From an uncultured bacterium (GTDB lineage Bacteria; Caldisericota; Caldisericia; B22-G15), in NCBI GenBank assembly GCA_965612865.1, contig CBFDTJ010000026.1, positions 1 through 18,186 of the forward strand: a stretch of DNA of 18,186 nt. Reading direction: 5' to 3'. Below are positions 17,212 through 18,186 of this stretch, in pieces; within the stretch, counting starts at the first letter, position 1; every line of letters begins with the position of its first letter. A program made the position numbers and the translations under genes. The notes beneath the pieces were generated by a model. That model did no database searches, was not told where the DNA came from, and saw only the letters and a list, made by a program, of their open reading frames with translations.

Positions 17212-17220
17212 ATTTTATCA
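17212..17220 (-). promoter_or_regulatory. Putative extended -10 (TGaTAAAAT) 9 nt upstream of the gatC ATG
   Basis: Minus strand reads ...gTGATAAAATgaattttgtATG. No Shine-Dalgarno-like purine run. Confidence 0.5.
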
Positions 17221-17243
17221 CAAATTCACTTTTTGAAAAACCA

Positions 17244-18116
17244 CTATTTAACTTCTTTATTTTCTTTTCTCCTTCTGTAGATAAGGTAAATTATGTAAAT
17301 CAGGATAAGCCATGGAGTTAGCCATGCAAGGACTATGATTATTACGAAAATTGACATTACAAATCCATTTAAGGCTCTGTTTAAAGCATCAAGTATTCTT
17401 CTAATGATTGGGGGAACTACACCGGGCTTTTCACCTTTCTCTCTAATACTAATAGTGATTTGAGAAAAGTCAGTATGGAAGGAGATATAATTCATTCTTC
17501 CCTTAATCTTTTCTATCTCTGTCTCAATTTTATCAAGTTCACTTCTTATGGATAGCATGTCCTTTATATCTTTTGCATCACTTAGCCACGAGAGGAGTAA
17601 ATCTCTCTGCGATTCAAGAACCTTGAGCCTTGAGGAGAGATCCACATACTCTCCTGATAGATCCTTGGAGTTTATAGAGATATTTTCCACTTCTCCAAAA
17701 TCTGAGATTTTATCTATAAAGTTATCAAAGCCCTTTGATGGCACTAAAACCGTAATATTTCCGAAATAGCGATTATTCTGTCTGTAAAAGTTTGAATTAG
17801 AGACAAAGCCAGAGAAACTTTTAACTGTAAATGTTATCTTGTTCCATATATCCATAAATTTTCCCTCCTCCACAACAAGTTCCACTGCACCGTTTTTTAT
17901 AATCTTTAGACCAAAATTTTCTTCTTGGTATGAATTCTCACCTACTAAAGTTAAATTTAAATCTTGGAGTTTCTCTTCCTCTAATCCAGAGAATCCTTCG
18001 CCTTTCTCTCTAAATTCTGTTAGTAGTGGCATGTTTCCAGGTAGATAGAAAAAACCACCAATATTTGAGAGAATAAAGTATCCTCCCACCACACCCATAC
18101 AAAGAACCACTATAAG
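17244..18116 (-). CDS. DUF4349-like membrane-anchored coiled-coil protein (5'-truncated)
   Basis: IIK...L.V, T..VP...F..F, DL...YVD..RL..L, L.I..EL.....IE..KG...Y...FS.ITI pattern, then a C-terminal TM and basic tail. N-terminal MIRRPPRSTPKPSSAASDVYKRQ is translated adapter. Confidence 0.8.
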   Translation of the reverse strand, partial: LIVVLCMGVVGGYFILSNIGGFFYLPGNMPLLTEFREKGEGFSGLEEEKLQDLNLTLVGENSYQEENFGLKIIKNGAVELVVEEGKFMDIWNKITFTVKSFSGFVSNSNFYRQNNRYFGNITVLVPSKGFDNFIDKISDFGEVENISINSKDLSGEYVDLSSRLKVLESQRDLLLSWLSDAKDIKDMLSIRSELDKIETEIEKIKGRMNYISFHTDFSQITISIREKGEKPGVVPPIIRRILDALNRALNGFVMSIFVIIIVLAWLTPWLILIYIIYLIYRRRKENKEVK

Positions 18117-18186
18117 CTGTCTCTTATACACATCTGACGCTGCCGACGAAGGCTTAGGTGTAGATCTCGGTGGTCGCCGTATCATT
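18117..18186 (-). other. Illumina Nextera adapter artefact: mosaic end (18117-18135), read-1 arm, i5 index CTAAGCCT (18150-18157) and P5
   Basis: Exact CTGTCTCTTATACACATCT-GACGCTGCCGACGA-AGGCTTAG-GTGTAGATCTCGGTGGTCGCCGTATCATT. Confidence 0.99.

Noticed and set aside
1574..18048. Numerous 60-163 aa antisense or alternate-frame ORFs (e.g. 4113-4532, 5791-6198, 9910-10401, 12327-12728, 15302-15643)
   Set aside because: They overlap well-supported genes, have Ser/Phe-rich shadow composition and show no recognisable motifs.
54..18135. 19-bp terminal inverted repeats (Tn5 mosaic ends) suggesting an 18-kb composite transposon
   Set aside because: They are embedded in Illumina P5/P7 and index sequences, and no transposase is present. 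Library artefact.
1..18186. CRISPR array, tRNA or rRNA genes
   Set aside because: Almost entirely coding, with intergenic gaps of 111 bp or less. No repeat-spacer periodicity or cloverleaf seen.

Overview
An 18.2-kb, AT-rich bacterial contig, probably from an anaerobic thermophile (Lys/Glu-rich proteins; Caldiserica/Thermotogae/Firmicutes-like content; taxonomy is only an impression). Untrimmed Illumina Nextera adapters cap both ends (7-72 and 18117-18186) and create fake N-termini for the first and last ORFs. In order it contains: the 3' part of a transketolase (+); a bidirectional terminator; a tightly overlapped minus-strand operon of a TrpF-like TIM barrel, a PfkB kinase and the FAD, 2Fe-2S and molybdopterin subunits of a xanthine-oxidase-family hydroxylase; a divergent BMP-family (nucleoside-type) ABC transporter operon; bioY plus a Na+-translocating acyl-CoA decarboxylase operon (mmdA-D-C-B type); gatC-gatA without gatB; and a truncated DUF4349-like gene. 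The best candidate for an undescribed system is the divergent locus at 1235-11408. Its orphan TrpF paralog lacks the catalytic Cys (KICG becomes QIYA) and overlaps a sugar kinase and a non-canonical Mo-hydroxylase. It shares palindromic back-to-back promoters with the importer. This suggests catabolism of an unusual N-glycoside, nucleoside or Amadori compound, but that is inference.
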